From: an uncultured Lachnospiraceae bacterium
GTDB taxonomy: Bacteria; Bacillota; Clostridia; Oscillospirales; CAG-272
DNA: 64,000 bases
Direction of reading: 5' to 3'
Assembly: GCA_964570825.1 (NCBI GenBank)
Contig: CAZMZJ010000005.1
Span: 11,734-75,733 of the forward strand
The notes under the pieces were generated by a model. The model saw only the letters and a list, made by a program, of their open reading frames with translations. It did not search any database and was not told where the DNA came from. Positions 49,201 to 57,594 of the stretch are shown here, in pieces. A program made the translations under genes and the position numbers. Each line of letters begins with the position of its first letter. The first letter of the stretch is position 1.

Positions 49201-49849
49201 TTTCCGCGTCTTCCCTGCGCAGATAATGGCAGTCGTTTGTCGCGGCAAGCGGCAGACCGCATTCTCCGGCGAGTCTTATCAGCTGCGGCAGTATCTGTTT
49301 CTGCTCGGAAAGACCGTGGTTCTGCAGCTCAATATAAAAATTATCCTCTCCGAATATCCGCGAAAGCTCAAGCGCCGCCTGTTTTGCCTCATCGTATTCC
49401 CCGCGCGAGAGCAGCGTCGGAATCCTGCCGGCAAGGCAGCCGGAGAGCGCGACAAGACCTCCCGAATGCGCGCGCAGAAGCTCGTAGTCAATCCTCGGCT
49501 TCGAATAAAACCCCTCCGTAAACCCCTTCGACACAAGGTAAATCAGATTTTTATAGCCTTCAGCATTACGGCACAGCAGCACAAGGTGATAAGCTTTGCC
49601 TTCTGCGGTTCCTGATTTATCAAAGCGTGACCCGGGCGCCACATAAACCTCGCAGCCGATGATAGGCTTGATTCCCGCGTCCCTGCATGCAAGATAAAAT
49701 GCGACCGCACCGTACATTGCGCCGTGGTCGGTCAGCGCCACCGCGCTGTGTCCGCATTCGGCGGCGCGTTTCGGTATCTCGCTCACCCGGCACGCTCCGT
49801 CGAGCAGGCTGTATTCGCTGTGCAGATGCAGATGCACAAAATCAGACAT
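46247..49849 (-). CDS. dnaE: DNA polymerase III alpha subunit (DnaE)
   Basis: FVHLHLHSEYSLLDGA PHP domain, GPGRGSAAGS, RVSMPDIDVDF, KFDFLGL, YAFNKSHA, OB fold. Confidence 0.98.
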   Translation of the reverse strand: MSDFVHLHLHSEYSLLDGACRVSEIPKRAAECGHSAVALTDHGAMYGAVAFYLACRDAGIKPIIGCEVYVAPGSRFDKSGTAEGKAYHLVLLCRNAEGYKNLIYLVSKGFTEGFYSKPRIDYELLRAHSGGLVALSGCLAGRIPTLLSRGEYDEAKQAALELSRIFGEDNFYIELQNHGLSEQKQILPQLIRLAGECGLPLAATNDCHYLRREDAETQATLLCIQTNNVITDGRPIGFETDEFYYKTTEEMKLLFGKYPGAIENTVRIAERCNFDFDFDKLYLPRYRCPEGFMPAEYLRKLAYDGFESKINRGYISFSGHTQEEYRQRIEYELSVIDKMGYSEYFLIVWDYVNFAKSRGIPVGPGRGSAAGSLVAFCIGITDIDSIKFELLFERFLNPERVSMPDIDVDFCYIRRGEVIDYVTQKYGDDHVSQIITFGTLAARAAVRDTGRALGMPYGDVDAVARAIPQQLNMSIGLALKMPELKELYESSEKVKKLVDTAASLEGMPRNASVHAAGVVITDAPIWSYVPMAVSNGTVITQYDMDTIAKLGLLKFDFLGLRYLTIINDAEAQIRERCPDFSVASVPLDDKPTYELISSGGTSGIFQLESGGMRQMLAVLKPENIDDILAAIALYRPGPMDSIPRYIECRHDNSKIKYATPALEPILRSTYGCIVYQEQVMSIFREIAGYTFGHADIVRRAMAKKKASVLEAERGSFVSGAVDRGVPEDVAAKLFDDMAGFANYAFNKSHAAAYAVISYRTAYLKAHYPREYFAALLTSVLDNMPKLAGYIAECTKLGISVKSPDINRSSMYFHVSGNDILFGLLALKNVSRQFIANIIEERKNGEFLSFEDFADRMAEKDLNKRQVESLIKSGAFDNLGARRSQLMTSYEKILDMTAEKKRRNISGQLDLFSTAETRSENPRFKYPDIPEFSLRDRLMLEKDSSGMYFSGHLIDSFSKCISALNVVPIAEISGDGSEEGQAGGLPDGQRVAVAGIVSSVTAKTTKKNERMAFIKIEDRYGEIECILFPKIFRSCHELIHIDSGVYIDGTVQLREDEPARIIVNEIAALVENGRYSDKPDGEAKNNPSDTACPEGGGAMTQPAKHEKFSESQAGGTAKSQETENRRSAVKVFLRVPGTDSIEYLKAVNLIEIFPGPTPVVFYDSKNLAYLQHEKGIGLTEFISSELRSLLGDENVVIRQAK

Positions 49850-49951
49850 TTTTATAACCTGTCCTTTCTGAATGCCATAAGGATTTTACCGTATCCGCCG
49901 GAGCGCCTGCGCTCGTCTTTTGTCGGAATAAAGGGCGCGGAATTGCGCGGG

Positions 49952-50818
49952 CTAATTTTTCCCGGCTTCAAGCGCGATTTTTTTAAGCCTGTGATTAAGG
50001 CCGGATTTTGAAATTTTAGGCTTATGAAGGGCAGCAAGCTCGGTAAGCGATGCCTCGGGGTTATCTATGCGCAGCTTTGCGGTGACTCTTACGTCGTAAG
50101 GCAGAGCCTCAAACCTCCCGCAGGCCATTAGCTTGAGAATATCGTCCACCTGCTTTCGGGAGGCGGACACAGTTTTTGCTATATTCTGCGCGACGCAGTT
50201 GGTCGCGCGGTTTTCATCGTTTCTTATAGTGCGCTCAATTTTGCAGTTCATCAGACTGAAAGCGGCGTTGTTTGCGCCCAGAAGCACAAGCAGACCCTCA
50301 ATTTTTTCACTGTCTTTGAAATAAAGTCCCGTCCCGTATTTACGGTTGACGATTTTAGGCGTAAAGCCGTGCTCCGAAAGTAAGCCATATATTGTTCTTG
50401 CCCGCACGGCATCCGGCAGTACGAATTCCGCGTGATACGAAGCCGAGCGCGGGTCGCTCACAGTCGCGGATGTGATAAAAACGCCCCGAAGGAACGACGC
50501 GGCACAGTTCTGGCATTTTATCTCGTTTCCGACGTTCCCCGCCTCGGCAAGCTCCCGAACAGCCTTGCCGGAAAATATAAGTGTTTCCTTCTGCGCGCCG
50601 TTTCTTGTTATTTTCATTGTGCCGGCATCGTTTTTGAACCGTTCGGATATCATTTTTTCGGCAAAAGCCGTCACCTCGCCGCTGCCCGATGCGACAGTGA
50701 GTCCTTCTTCCGACTCACCCGCCCCGTATGCGATGCCCGCAGCCAAAGCTCTCCGGCAGCATAGGTTTTTCACCTGCAGACCTGCAAGCTCCTTTTTCAC
50801 CGAATCGGAAAATGTCAT
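49952..50818 (-). CDS. whiA: DNA-binding protein WhiA
   Basis: SFLRGVFI...SDP..SYHAEF, RNDENRATNCVAQN, ASLTELA, SKSGLNHRLKK. Confidence 0.93.
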   Translation of the reverse strand: MTFSDSVKKELAGLQVKNLCCRRALAAGIAYGAGESEEGLTVASGSGEVTAFAEKMISERFKNDAGTMKITRNGAQKETLIFSGKAVRELAEAGNVGNEIKCQNCAASFLRGVFITSATVSDPRSASYHAEFVLPDAVRARTIYGLLSEHGFTPKIVNRKYGTGLYFKDSEKIEGLLVLLGANNAAFSLMNCKIERTIRNDENRATNCVAQNIAKTVSASRKQVDDILKLMACGRFEALPYDVRVTAKLRIDNPEASLTELAALHKPKISKSGLNHRLKKIALEAGKN

Positions 50819-50860
50819 AATAATCGCCCGCTTTCTTAAGCATTGTGATGTTAACGGCAC

Positions 50861-51775
50861 TCATTCAATGTATTGGATCTCGCATTCGGCTTCGAAGCCG
50901 TAGTTTTTGCGTATAACGTTTTTTATATGTTCAATCAGCGCGAGCACATCTGCCGCCGTAGCTCCGTCATAGTTTATGATAAACCCGGCGTGCTTTTCGG
51001 ACACCATCGCGCCTCCGATTCTGAAGCCCTTAAGACCGCTTTCCTCGATTATCTGGCCCATGAAATAACCGTCTTTCCGTTTGAAAACGCTTCCCGCGCT
51101 CGGGTATTCAAGCGGCTGCTTATCGCGCCGTTTTTTCATCGTTTCGCGCATAAGCGCCTCGATTTCGTCTTTGCATCCGGGGCTCAGCGACAAGGCGGCA
51201 GACAAAATCAAAAGGTTGTTTTTTTCCATAAACGCACTGTGCCTGTAGCCGAGGCAGAGCTCCGGCGCCGGCAGTTCGGAAACCGAGCCACTTTCGGTAT
51301 CATAGCAGCGGACCGACTTCAGCACGTCAGAGAACTGCGAGCCGTACGCACCGGCATTCATGAACACACCGCCGCCGCAGGTTCCGGGGATACCGTATGC
51401 AAACTCAAGCCCGGAAAGGCCGGCGTGTCCGGCCGCGAGCGACATTGCGATGACAGACGCGCCGCACCCGGCGGTCAGCGTATTGCCGCAAACTGAAATA
51501 TATTTCATGTTTACGGTAATGATGACAAAGCCGTCGAAGCCATTATCCGAAAAAAGTATATTGCTGCCGTTTCCTATTACAATATATCTTACCCCGAAAT
51601 CCGCCGCGCTGTCAACCGATGCAATGAACCCGTCCTCGTCATCCGGGAAAGCGGCAAGCGCCGCTGGCCCTCCGATGCGGAAGGTACAATAATCCCGCAG
51701 CGGCGCATCTTTGATATACCGGACGCCGGCGGCGTCGAGGCAGGCGCACAATTCTTTAATATATTTCATCATCAA
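50861..51775 (-). CDS. murB: UDP-N-acetylenolpyruvoylglucosamine reductase
   Basis: TFRIGGPA, IGNGSNIL, GIPGTCGGGVFMNAGAYG, QPLEYPSAGSVFKR, VSEKHAGFIIN. Confidence 0.97.
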   Translation of the reverse strand: MMMKYIKELCACLDAAGVRYIKDAPLRDYCTFRIGGPAALAAFPDDEDGFIASVDSAADFGVRYIVIGNGSNILFSDNGFDGFVIITVNMKYISVCGNTLTAGCGASVIAMSLAAGHAGLSGLEFAYGIPGTCGGGVFMNAGAYGSQFSDVLKSVRCYDTESGSVSELPAPELCLGYRHSAFMEKNNLLILSAALSLSPGCKDEIEALMRETMKKRRDKQPLEYPSAGSVFKRKDGYFMGQIIEESGLKGFRIGGAMVSEKHAGFIINYDGATAADVLALIEHIKNVIRKNYGFEAECEIQYIE

Positions 51776-51812
51776 CGCCCCGTTTGTTAAAATGTGATAT
51801 AGTACCCATGCT

Positions 51813-52499
51813 TTATACTATTTTTTTCAGCTCCTCAAGCGAGGAAATGACATAATTGATTTTCTTACTGAAATTTTCCGGCGCCGACGAGCCGGATGGA
51901 TTATACCAGCAGACGTCGAGCCCCGCATCAATTCCTCCGGCGATATCCGAGCTGAGCGAGTCGCCGATTACAAGGGCATCCCGCACGCTGAAATCGGGAA
52001 TCGCCGAGGCGACGGCCTCAAAAAAGCGGCGCGCCGGTTTATCCGCTCCGATCTCCTCTGATATGAACGACCTTTCAAAAAAAGCCGACAGCGGAGAACC
52101 GGCGAACCTCTTATCCTGTATGCGCTTAAATCCGTTGGTTATTATAAAAAGGCGGCGGCCTTTGCGCAGTTCGCGGCACACGTCGTATGCGCCGTCGATC
52201 ATAAAGGATTTTGTCGCCAGAGCGGAAAAATATTTTTCCGACATTAAATCCGGGCTCTGGCAGATGCCGTATTCCTTTCCGAAGAGTTCGAATCTTTTCC
52301 GGCTCAGGTCGCCCCGCGCAATCTCTCCGCGCTCAAGCATTTTCCACATGCTATCGTTTATTTCGGAATAACGGCGGATGACGTCCTCGTCGCAGGCCGC
52401 GCCGAATTCCCGAAGCATATCCGAAAGAGCCTCGCGTTCAGCTTTTTTGAAATCGAGCAAAGTACCGTCGGCGTCAAACAGCAGAATTTTATATCTCAT
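51813..52499 (-). CDS. YjjG-family HAD nucleotidase
   Basis: LFDADGTLLDF, IITNG, ISEEIGADKP, VIGDSLSSDIAGG. Confidence 0.92.
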   Translation of the reverse strand: MRYKILLFDADGTLLDFKKAEREALSDMLREFGAACDEDVIRRYSEINDSMWKMLERGEIARGDLSRKRFELFGKEYGICQSPDLMSEKYFSALATKSFMIDGAYDVCRELRKGRRLFIITNGFKRIQDKRFAGSPLSAFFERSFISEEIGADKPARRFFEAVASAIPDFSVRDALVIGDSLSSDIAGGIDAGLDVCWYNPSGSSAPENFSKKINYVISSLEELKKIV

Positions 52500-52681
52500 A
52501 TCTTATCAGCAATCCCCGGAGTATAATTTGTATTTTTATTATTATACAATAATTTTATTGCCTTTTCAACACCGGCAATATAATAATCTTCCAGTTTTAA
52601 GCATCGCGGTACTTGAAAAAATGCGCATAATAATGTATAATAATTAAACAGAATTTTAACATTATTCCGGAGGGGACACAT

Positions 52682-53284
52682 TTGAAGATCATTGGACTCA
52701 CCGGTCCGAGCGGCAGCGGCAAGGGGACCGCGGCCGGACTGCTTGAAAAACACGGAATACCGACCATCGACACCGACGCTGTATATAGAAAAATACTGAT
52801 CCCGCCTTCGATGTGTCTTGACGAGCTGAGGGCAGCCTACGGTCCGTCGATAATACGTCCGGACGGAACGCTTGACCGCAAGGCGCTTGCGGCAGTGGTT
52901 TTTGCCGACCGCGAGAAGCTTGCGCAGCTGAACTCCATCACCCATAAGTATATTCTGGCAAGAACAAACAAGCGAATTTCGTACCGGCGGCGCCGCGGGT
53001 CTGCCGCGGTGACTGTTGACGCGCCGGCGCTTTTTGAATCGGGCTTTGATGAAAAATGCGATTTTATCATAGCCGTCACCGCGAACCGCGACTCGAGGAC
53101 AACCCGCATAATGCAGCGCGACGGGCTTGACCGTGCTGCTGCCGAGCGGCGCATAAACGGCCAGCCGCCGGAAGAATTCTACACCTCGCGCGCCGATTAT
53201 ACGGTAGAAAACGACGGAACATCCGAAGATCTCGAGGAAAAGCTTGTCGGCATATTGCGCCGCGAGGGAGTGCTTTCGGAATGA
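52682..53284 (+). CDS. coaE: dephospho-CoA kinase
   Basis: IGLTGPSGSGKG, DRKALAAVVF, LNSITH, VDAPALFESG. Confidence 0.95.
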   Translation: MKIIGLTGPSGSGKGTAAGLLEKHGIPTIDTDAVYRKILIPPSMCLDELRAAYGPSIIRPDGTLDRKALAAVVFADREKLAQLNSITHKYILARTNKRISYRRRRGSAAVTVDAPALFESGFDEKCDFIIAVTANRDSRTTRIMQRDGLDRAAAERRINGQPPEEFYTSRADYTVENDGTSEDLEEKLVGILRREGVLSE

Positions 53285-53859
53285 AAGTGAAGCGGAAAAA
53301 GCTGATACGGGCAGCGGCGGCGGTTGTTTTTGCGCTGCTGTTCGGCCTTTTGTACAGGCAGATGTATATTATGTATCTGCACGCGGAGTACCCGCAGAAA
53401 TTCAGCGGTTATGTAGCGGCAAGCGCTGCCGAATTCGGGGTGCCGGAACAGGTGGTTTACGCCGTCATCAGGACCGAAAGCGATTTTGACTCATGCGCGG
53501 TATCCCCTGCGGGCGCCGTAGGGCTCATGCAGCTTATGCCGTCGACGTTCGAATGGCTGACGAACGATATTCTGAACGAAAATCTCAGTGCCGCGATGCT
53601 GAAGGATCCCGGCGTCAACATCAGATACGGCACATTTCTCTTATCCCGCCTTTACGGGCAGTACGGCAACTGGAAAACTGTTTTTGCCGCCTACAACGCC
53701 GGCATGGGCAACGTAAACAAGTGGCTGGAGGATGAAAGATATTCAGACGGTTCGGGCAATCTCACCTTTATTCCCTTTGCCGAAACGCGCAGGTATGTGG
53801 AGCTGGCCGACAAATCCGCCGGGATTTACAAAAGATTATATTACGATAAAGGAGACTAA
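53281..53859 (+). CDS. lytic transglycosylase, SLT domain
   Basis: AVIRTESDF, GAVGLMQLMPST, AAYNAGMGNV, PFAETRRYV; overlaps coaE. Confidence 0.93.
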   Translation: MKVKRKKLIRAAAAVVFALLFGLLYRQMYIMYLHAEYPQKFSGYVAASAAEFGVPEQVVYAVIRTESDFDSCAVSPAGAVGLMQLMPSTFEWLTNDILNENLSAAMLKDPGVNIRYGTFLLSRLYGQYGNWKTVFAAYNAGMGNVNKWLEDERYSDGSGNLTFIPFAETRRYVELADKSAGIYKRLYYDKGD

Positions 53860-53861
53860 AA

Positions 53862-55244
53862 ATGGAAACTGAAAATCTGAAGAAGAACCTGTTTTATGAA
53901 AAAAAGAGCGTATTCGAGCGCTGCGGCGACGAGGTAGCCGACGCGGCTTACAAATACTCAAAAAATTATATGAGCTTTCTCGACGCGGCAAAGACCGAGC
54001 GTGAAGCCGTTCGCGAAGGCATAAAGATGGCTGAGGCGGCCGGCTTTTTGCCATACAGACTCGGCGACGCGATAAAGACCGGCGACAGGCTGTACTACAA
54101 CAACCACGGCAAGAATCTTTTTCTTTTCACCGTCGGGAGCGAACCGCTCGAGCGGGGCATACGCATCTGCGCGGCGCATATCGACTCTCCCCGTCTTGAC
54201 CTGAAGCAGTGTCCGCTTTACGAGGACAACGGAATGAGCTTTTTCAAGACGCATTACTACGGCGGAATATTGAAATACCAGTGGGTGGCCACGCCGCTTG
54301 CGCTTCACGGTGTCGTTGTAAAGGGAGACGGCTCGGTTGTCGACATTGTCATCGGCGAGGATGAAGGCGATCCGCTGTTTTATATCAACGACCTGCTTCC
54401 GCACCTTGGCGCCGAGCAGATGAAGAAGCCTGTCGGCGAAGCTTTTCAGGGCGAGAAGCTCAACGTGCTGGTAGGAAGCCGCCCGTACGGCGAGGGAGCC
54501 GACGCGATAAAGCTCAATGTCCTGCGCCTGCTTAACGAGAAGTACGGAATCAGTGAAGAAGATTTTCTTTCCGCCGAGCTGTCATTGGTGCCGGCGGCAA
54601 AGGCGCGGGACATCGGGCTCGACCGAGCTCTTATCGGTTCATACGGACATGACGACCGCTGCTGTGCATACCCCGCGCTCACCGCGGTAATTGAGAACGC
54701 CGCGTCCGAGCATTCGCTTATGCTGATTCTCGCCGACAAGGAGGAAACCGGCTCAAACGGCATTTCGGGGATGCAGTGCTCTCTCATGCTGGATATAATC
54801 GACGAAATCAGCAAAGCCAAGGGCGCCGACCCTGCCGTTGTGCGCGCCGCTTCAAAGTGCCTTTCCGCTGACGTGTCGGCCGCATTCGACCCGATGTTTC
54901 CCGACGTATTCGAGAAGCGCAACACGCCGCTCATAAACTGCGGAGTTGTGCTCACCAAGTACACCGGCTCGCGCGGAAAGAGCGATACGAACGACGCCTC
55001 CGCGGAATATATCGGATGGCTGCGTGAAATCATGCGCAAGGGCGGCGTCGTCTGGCAGGCAGGCGAGCTTGGAAAGGTTGACGCCGGAGGAGGCGGCACC
55101 GTGGCGAAATATATAGCGAATAAAAATATAGAAACAGTAGACCTCGGCATACCGGTCATATCGATGCACTCGCCATATGAAGTGATAGCGAAGACCGACC
55201 TGTACGAGGCGGCTCTCGCATTCGGAGCCTTCTGCAGATATTAA
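53862..55244 (+). CDS. M18-family aminopeptidase
   Basis: AHIDSPRLDLK, HYYGGILKYQW, GHDDRCC, DKEETGS, SMHSPYE. Confidence 0.93.
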   Translation: METENLKKNLFYEKKSVFERCGDEVADAAYKYSKNYMSFLDAAKTEREAVREGIKMAEAAGFLPYRLGDAIKTGDRLYYNNHGKNLFLFTVGSEPLERGIRICAAHIDSPRLDLKQCPLYEDNGMSFFKTHYYGGILKYQWVATPLALHGVVVKGDGSVVDIVIGEDEGDPLFYINDLLPHLGAEQMKKPVGEAFQGEKLNVLVGSRPYGEGADAIKLNVLRLLNEKYGISEEDFLSAELSLVPAAKARDIGLDRALIGSYGHDDRCCAYPALTAVIENAASEHSLMLILADKEETGSNGISGMQCSLMLDIIDEISKAKGADPAVVRAASKCLSADVSAAFDPMFPDVFEKRNTPLINCGVVLTKYTGSRGKSDTNDASAEYIGWLREIMRKGGVVWQAGELGKVDAGGGGTVAKYIANKNIETVDLGIPVISMHSPYEVIAKTDLYEAALAFGAFCRY

Positions 55245-55280
55245 ATCAAAACACTGACATTGTCACTTTAAGGAGTAATC

Positions 55281-56348
55281 ATGCTGGACAAGCTGAAAGC
55301 CGCCGAGGAGAAATTTGATAATATTGAGGCTCGGCTGGCTTCACCCGACGTCATTTCAAATCAGGAAGAATACAGGAACCTGATGAAGGAATATAAGACG
55401 CTGTCCCCTGTGATAGCAAAGTTCCGCGAGTATAAGAAAGCCGTATCTGACATGGAATCCGCCAAAGCGATGCTTGACGGGCCGCTCGACCCCGAGATGC
55501 GCGAGCTGGCAAACGAAGAATATCGCGACTGCCGCTCAAGGTCAGAAAAGCTGTTTGAGGAACTGAAAGTGATGCTGATTCCCCGCGACCCGAACGACGG
55601 CAAAAACATCATAGTGGAAATCAGGGCGGGCGCCGGCGGCGAGGAATCAGCGCTGTTCGCCTATGACCTTTACCGGATGTACAATATGTATGCCGAGGCG
55701 GCGGGATTTAAGGTTTCGCTGCTCGGCGCGAATGAAACCGGGCTCGGCGGATTCAAGGAAGTCTCGTTCATGGTTGAGGGCGACGGAGCATACTCGCGCT
55801 TCAAGTTTGAGAGCGGCGTGCACCGCGTTCAGCGCGTGCCGGTGACAGAGGCGCAGGGGCGGATTCAGACCTCGACGGTAACCGTCGCCGTGCTTCCCGA
55901 AGTGGAGGACGTTGAAGTGGAAATCAACCCTTCCGATATTGTTTTCGAGTCCTGCAAATCAAGCGGGGCCGGCGGTCAGCACATCAATAAAACCGAATCG
56001 GCGGTCCGTCTTACCCATAAGCCGTCCGGAATTGTCATCGAGTGCCAGAACGAGCGCAGCCAATTTCAGAACAAGGAGAAGGCTCTCAAAATGCTCCGCG
56101 CCCGCCTTTATGAAATCAAGCAGGCGGAGCAGGATGAAATGATTGCGTCGGCACGAAGGAACCAGGTCGGCACCGGAGACCGCAGCGAAAAGATCCGGAC
56201 ATACAACTTTGCCCAGAACCGCGTCACCGATCACCGTATCGGAATGACGCTCTATTCGCTCGACACCTTTCTCAACGGAAATATCGGCGGCATGATAGAC
56301 GCCCTGATCGCCGCCGACACTGCGGAAAAGCTCAAGGGCGAAGGATAA
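55281..56348 (+). CDS. prfA: peptide chain release factor 1
   Basis: ESGVHRVQRVPVTE (PxT), GAGGQHINKT, RTYNF. Confidence 0.97.
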   Translation: MLDKLKAAEEKFDNIEARLASPDVISNQEEYRNLMKEYKTLSPVIAKFREYKKAVSDMESAKAMLDGPLDPEMRELANEEYRDCRSRSEKLFEELKVMLIPRDPNDGKNIIVEIRAGAGGEESALFAYDLYRMYNMYAEAAGFKVSLLGANETGLGGFKEVSFMVEGDGAYSRFKFESGVHRVQRVPVTEAQGRIQTSTVTVAVLPEVEDVEVEINPSDIVFESCKSSGAGGQHINKTESAVRLTHKPSGIVIECQNERSQFQNKEKALKMLRARLYEIKQAEQDEMIASARRNQVGTGDRSEKIRTYNFAQNRVTDHRIGMTLYSLDTFLNGNIGGMIDALIAADTAEKLKGEG

Positions 56349-56473
56349 CATGAAGCGCGGCACCTGCCGTGCCGCTGCCTGAGACTTTTAATAAATCCCC
56401 TGAAAAATAATCATCTTAAAAAAATCGGTATATAATCGTACCTCTATATAGTTTATAGACAACGAGGCTGAAT

Positions 56474-57508
56474 TTGAAAACAGAAATCATAAAAATAATC
56501 GACCCCGCCGCGCAAAGCGCTGAGATATCGCGCGCCGCGGCGGTCATACGCCGCGGCGGGCTTGTGGTGTTCCCCACCGAAACAGTTTACGGGCTTGGAG
56601 GGAACGGCACCGATCCTATGGCGGCTCGCAAAATATACGCCGCAAAGGGCCGCCCCTCAGACAACCCCCTGATAATACACATAGCGCGTCCGGAAGACGC
56701 GGAAAAGTATGCGGTGACAAACGAATATTATTATAAGATCGCACGCGCCTTCATGCCCGGGCCCTTGACAGTCATCCTGCCGAGGAAAGAAATCATACCC
56801 CGCGAAGTGACCGGCGGGCTTGAAACTGTTGCGGTGCGCTGCCCTTCGCACCCGGTTGCTCACGCGCTTATAGAAGCGTCTGGCCTGCCGATAGCCGCCC
56901 CCTCGGCGAATCTTTCGGGGAAGCCCTCGCCCACCTCGGCGAAGTATGTCGCGGAGGATATGGACGGCAGAGTCGATATGATAATCGACGGCGGCGACTG
57001 TGAGATCGGCCTTGAGTCGACAATCATATCGCTGAGCGGCGGCGATGCGACGATTCTGCGCCCCGGCGCTGTCACATTTGACGCGCTGCTCTGCGTCTGC
57101 GAGAGCGTAAAGCTCTCCGAAGCGGCGAAGGGAGAGCTGTCGGCGGGGGAACGTCCAATAGCGCCCGGAATGAAATACCGCCACTATGCGCCGGCCTCGC
57201 CGTTTGTGCTGATTGACGGAAGCAGCGAAGCGTTTGTCGGATTTATCAGACAAAAGCGGCTTAACGTAAAATGCGCCGTTATCTGCTCTCCAGAAGAAGC
57301 AGGCATTCTTGGCGGTGAAAATCTTGTTATCACCGGTTCGGAGAACAATCTTCCGACACAGGCGCAGAGGCTTTTCTCGGCGCTGCGCGAAGCCGACGCG
57401 CTCGGCTGCGACGTAATTTACGCAAGAAAGCCCGACCCGACCGGGCTCGGGCTTGCGCTTTACAACCGCATGATCCGCGCCGCGTCGCATACCGTGATTA
57501 AAATCTGA
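56474..57508 (+). CDS. sua5: L-threonylcarbamoyladenylate synthase with Sua5 domain
   Basis: FPTETVYGLG, KGRPSDNPLIIH, AAPSANLSGKPSPT, PGMKYRHYAP. Confidence 0.95.
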   Translation: MKTEIIKIIDPAAQSAEISRAAAVIRRGGLVVFPTETVYGLGGNGTDPMAARKIYAAKGRPSDNPLIIHIARPEDAEKYAVTNEYYYKIARAFMPGPLTVILPRKEIIPREVTGGLETVAVRCPSHPVAHALIEASGLPIAAPSANLSGKPSPTSAKYVAEDMDGRVDMIIDGGDCEIGLESTIISLSGGDATILRPGAVTFDALLCVCESVKLSEAAKGELSAGERPIAPGMKYRHYAPASPFVLIDGSSEAFVGFIRQKRLNVKCAVICSPEEAGILGGENLVITGSENNLPTQAQRLFSALREADALGCDVIYARKPDPTGLGLALYNRMIRAASHTVIKI

Positions 57509-57594
57509 GAGAATTTCAGGCGGCAGCCGCATTCCTGCATTGAATACATTGAATATACGATAAGACACAATAAAAAAGCTTAAGAGAGGTCCGC

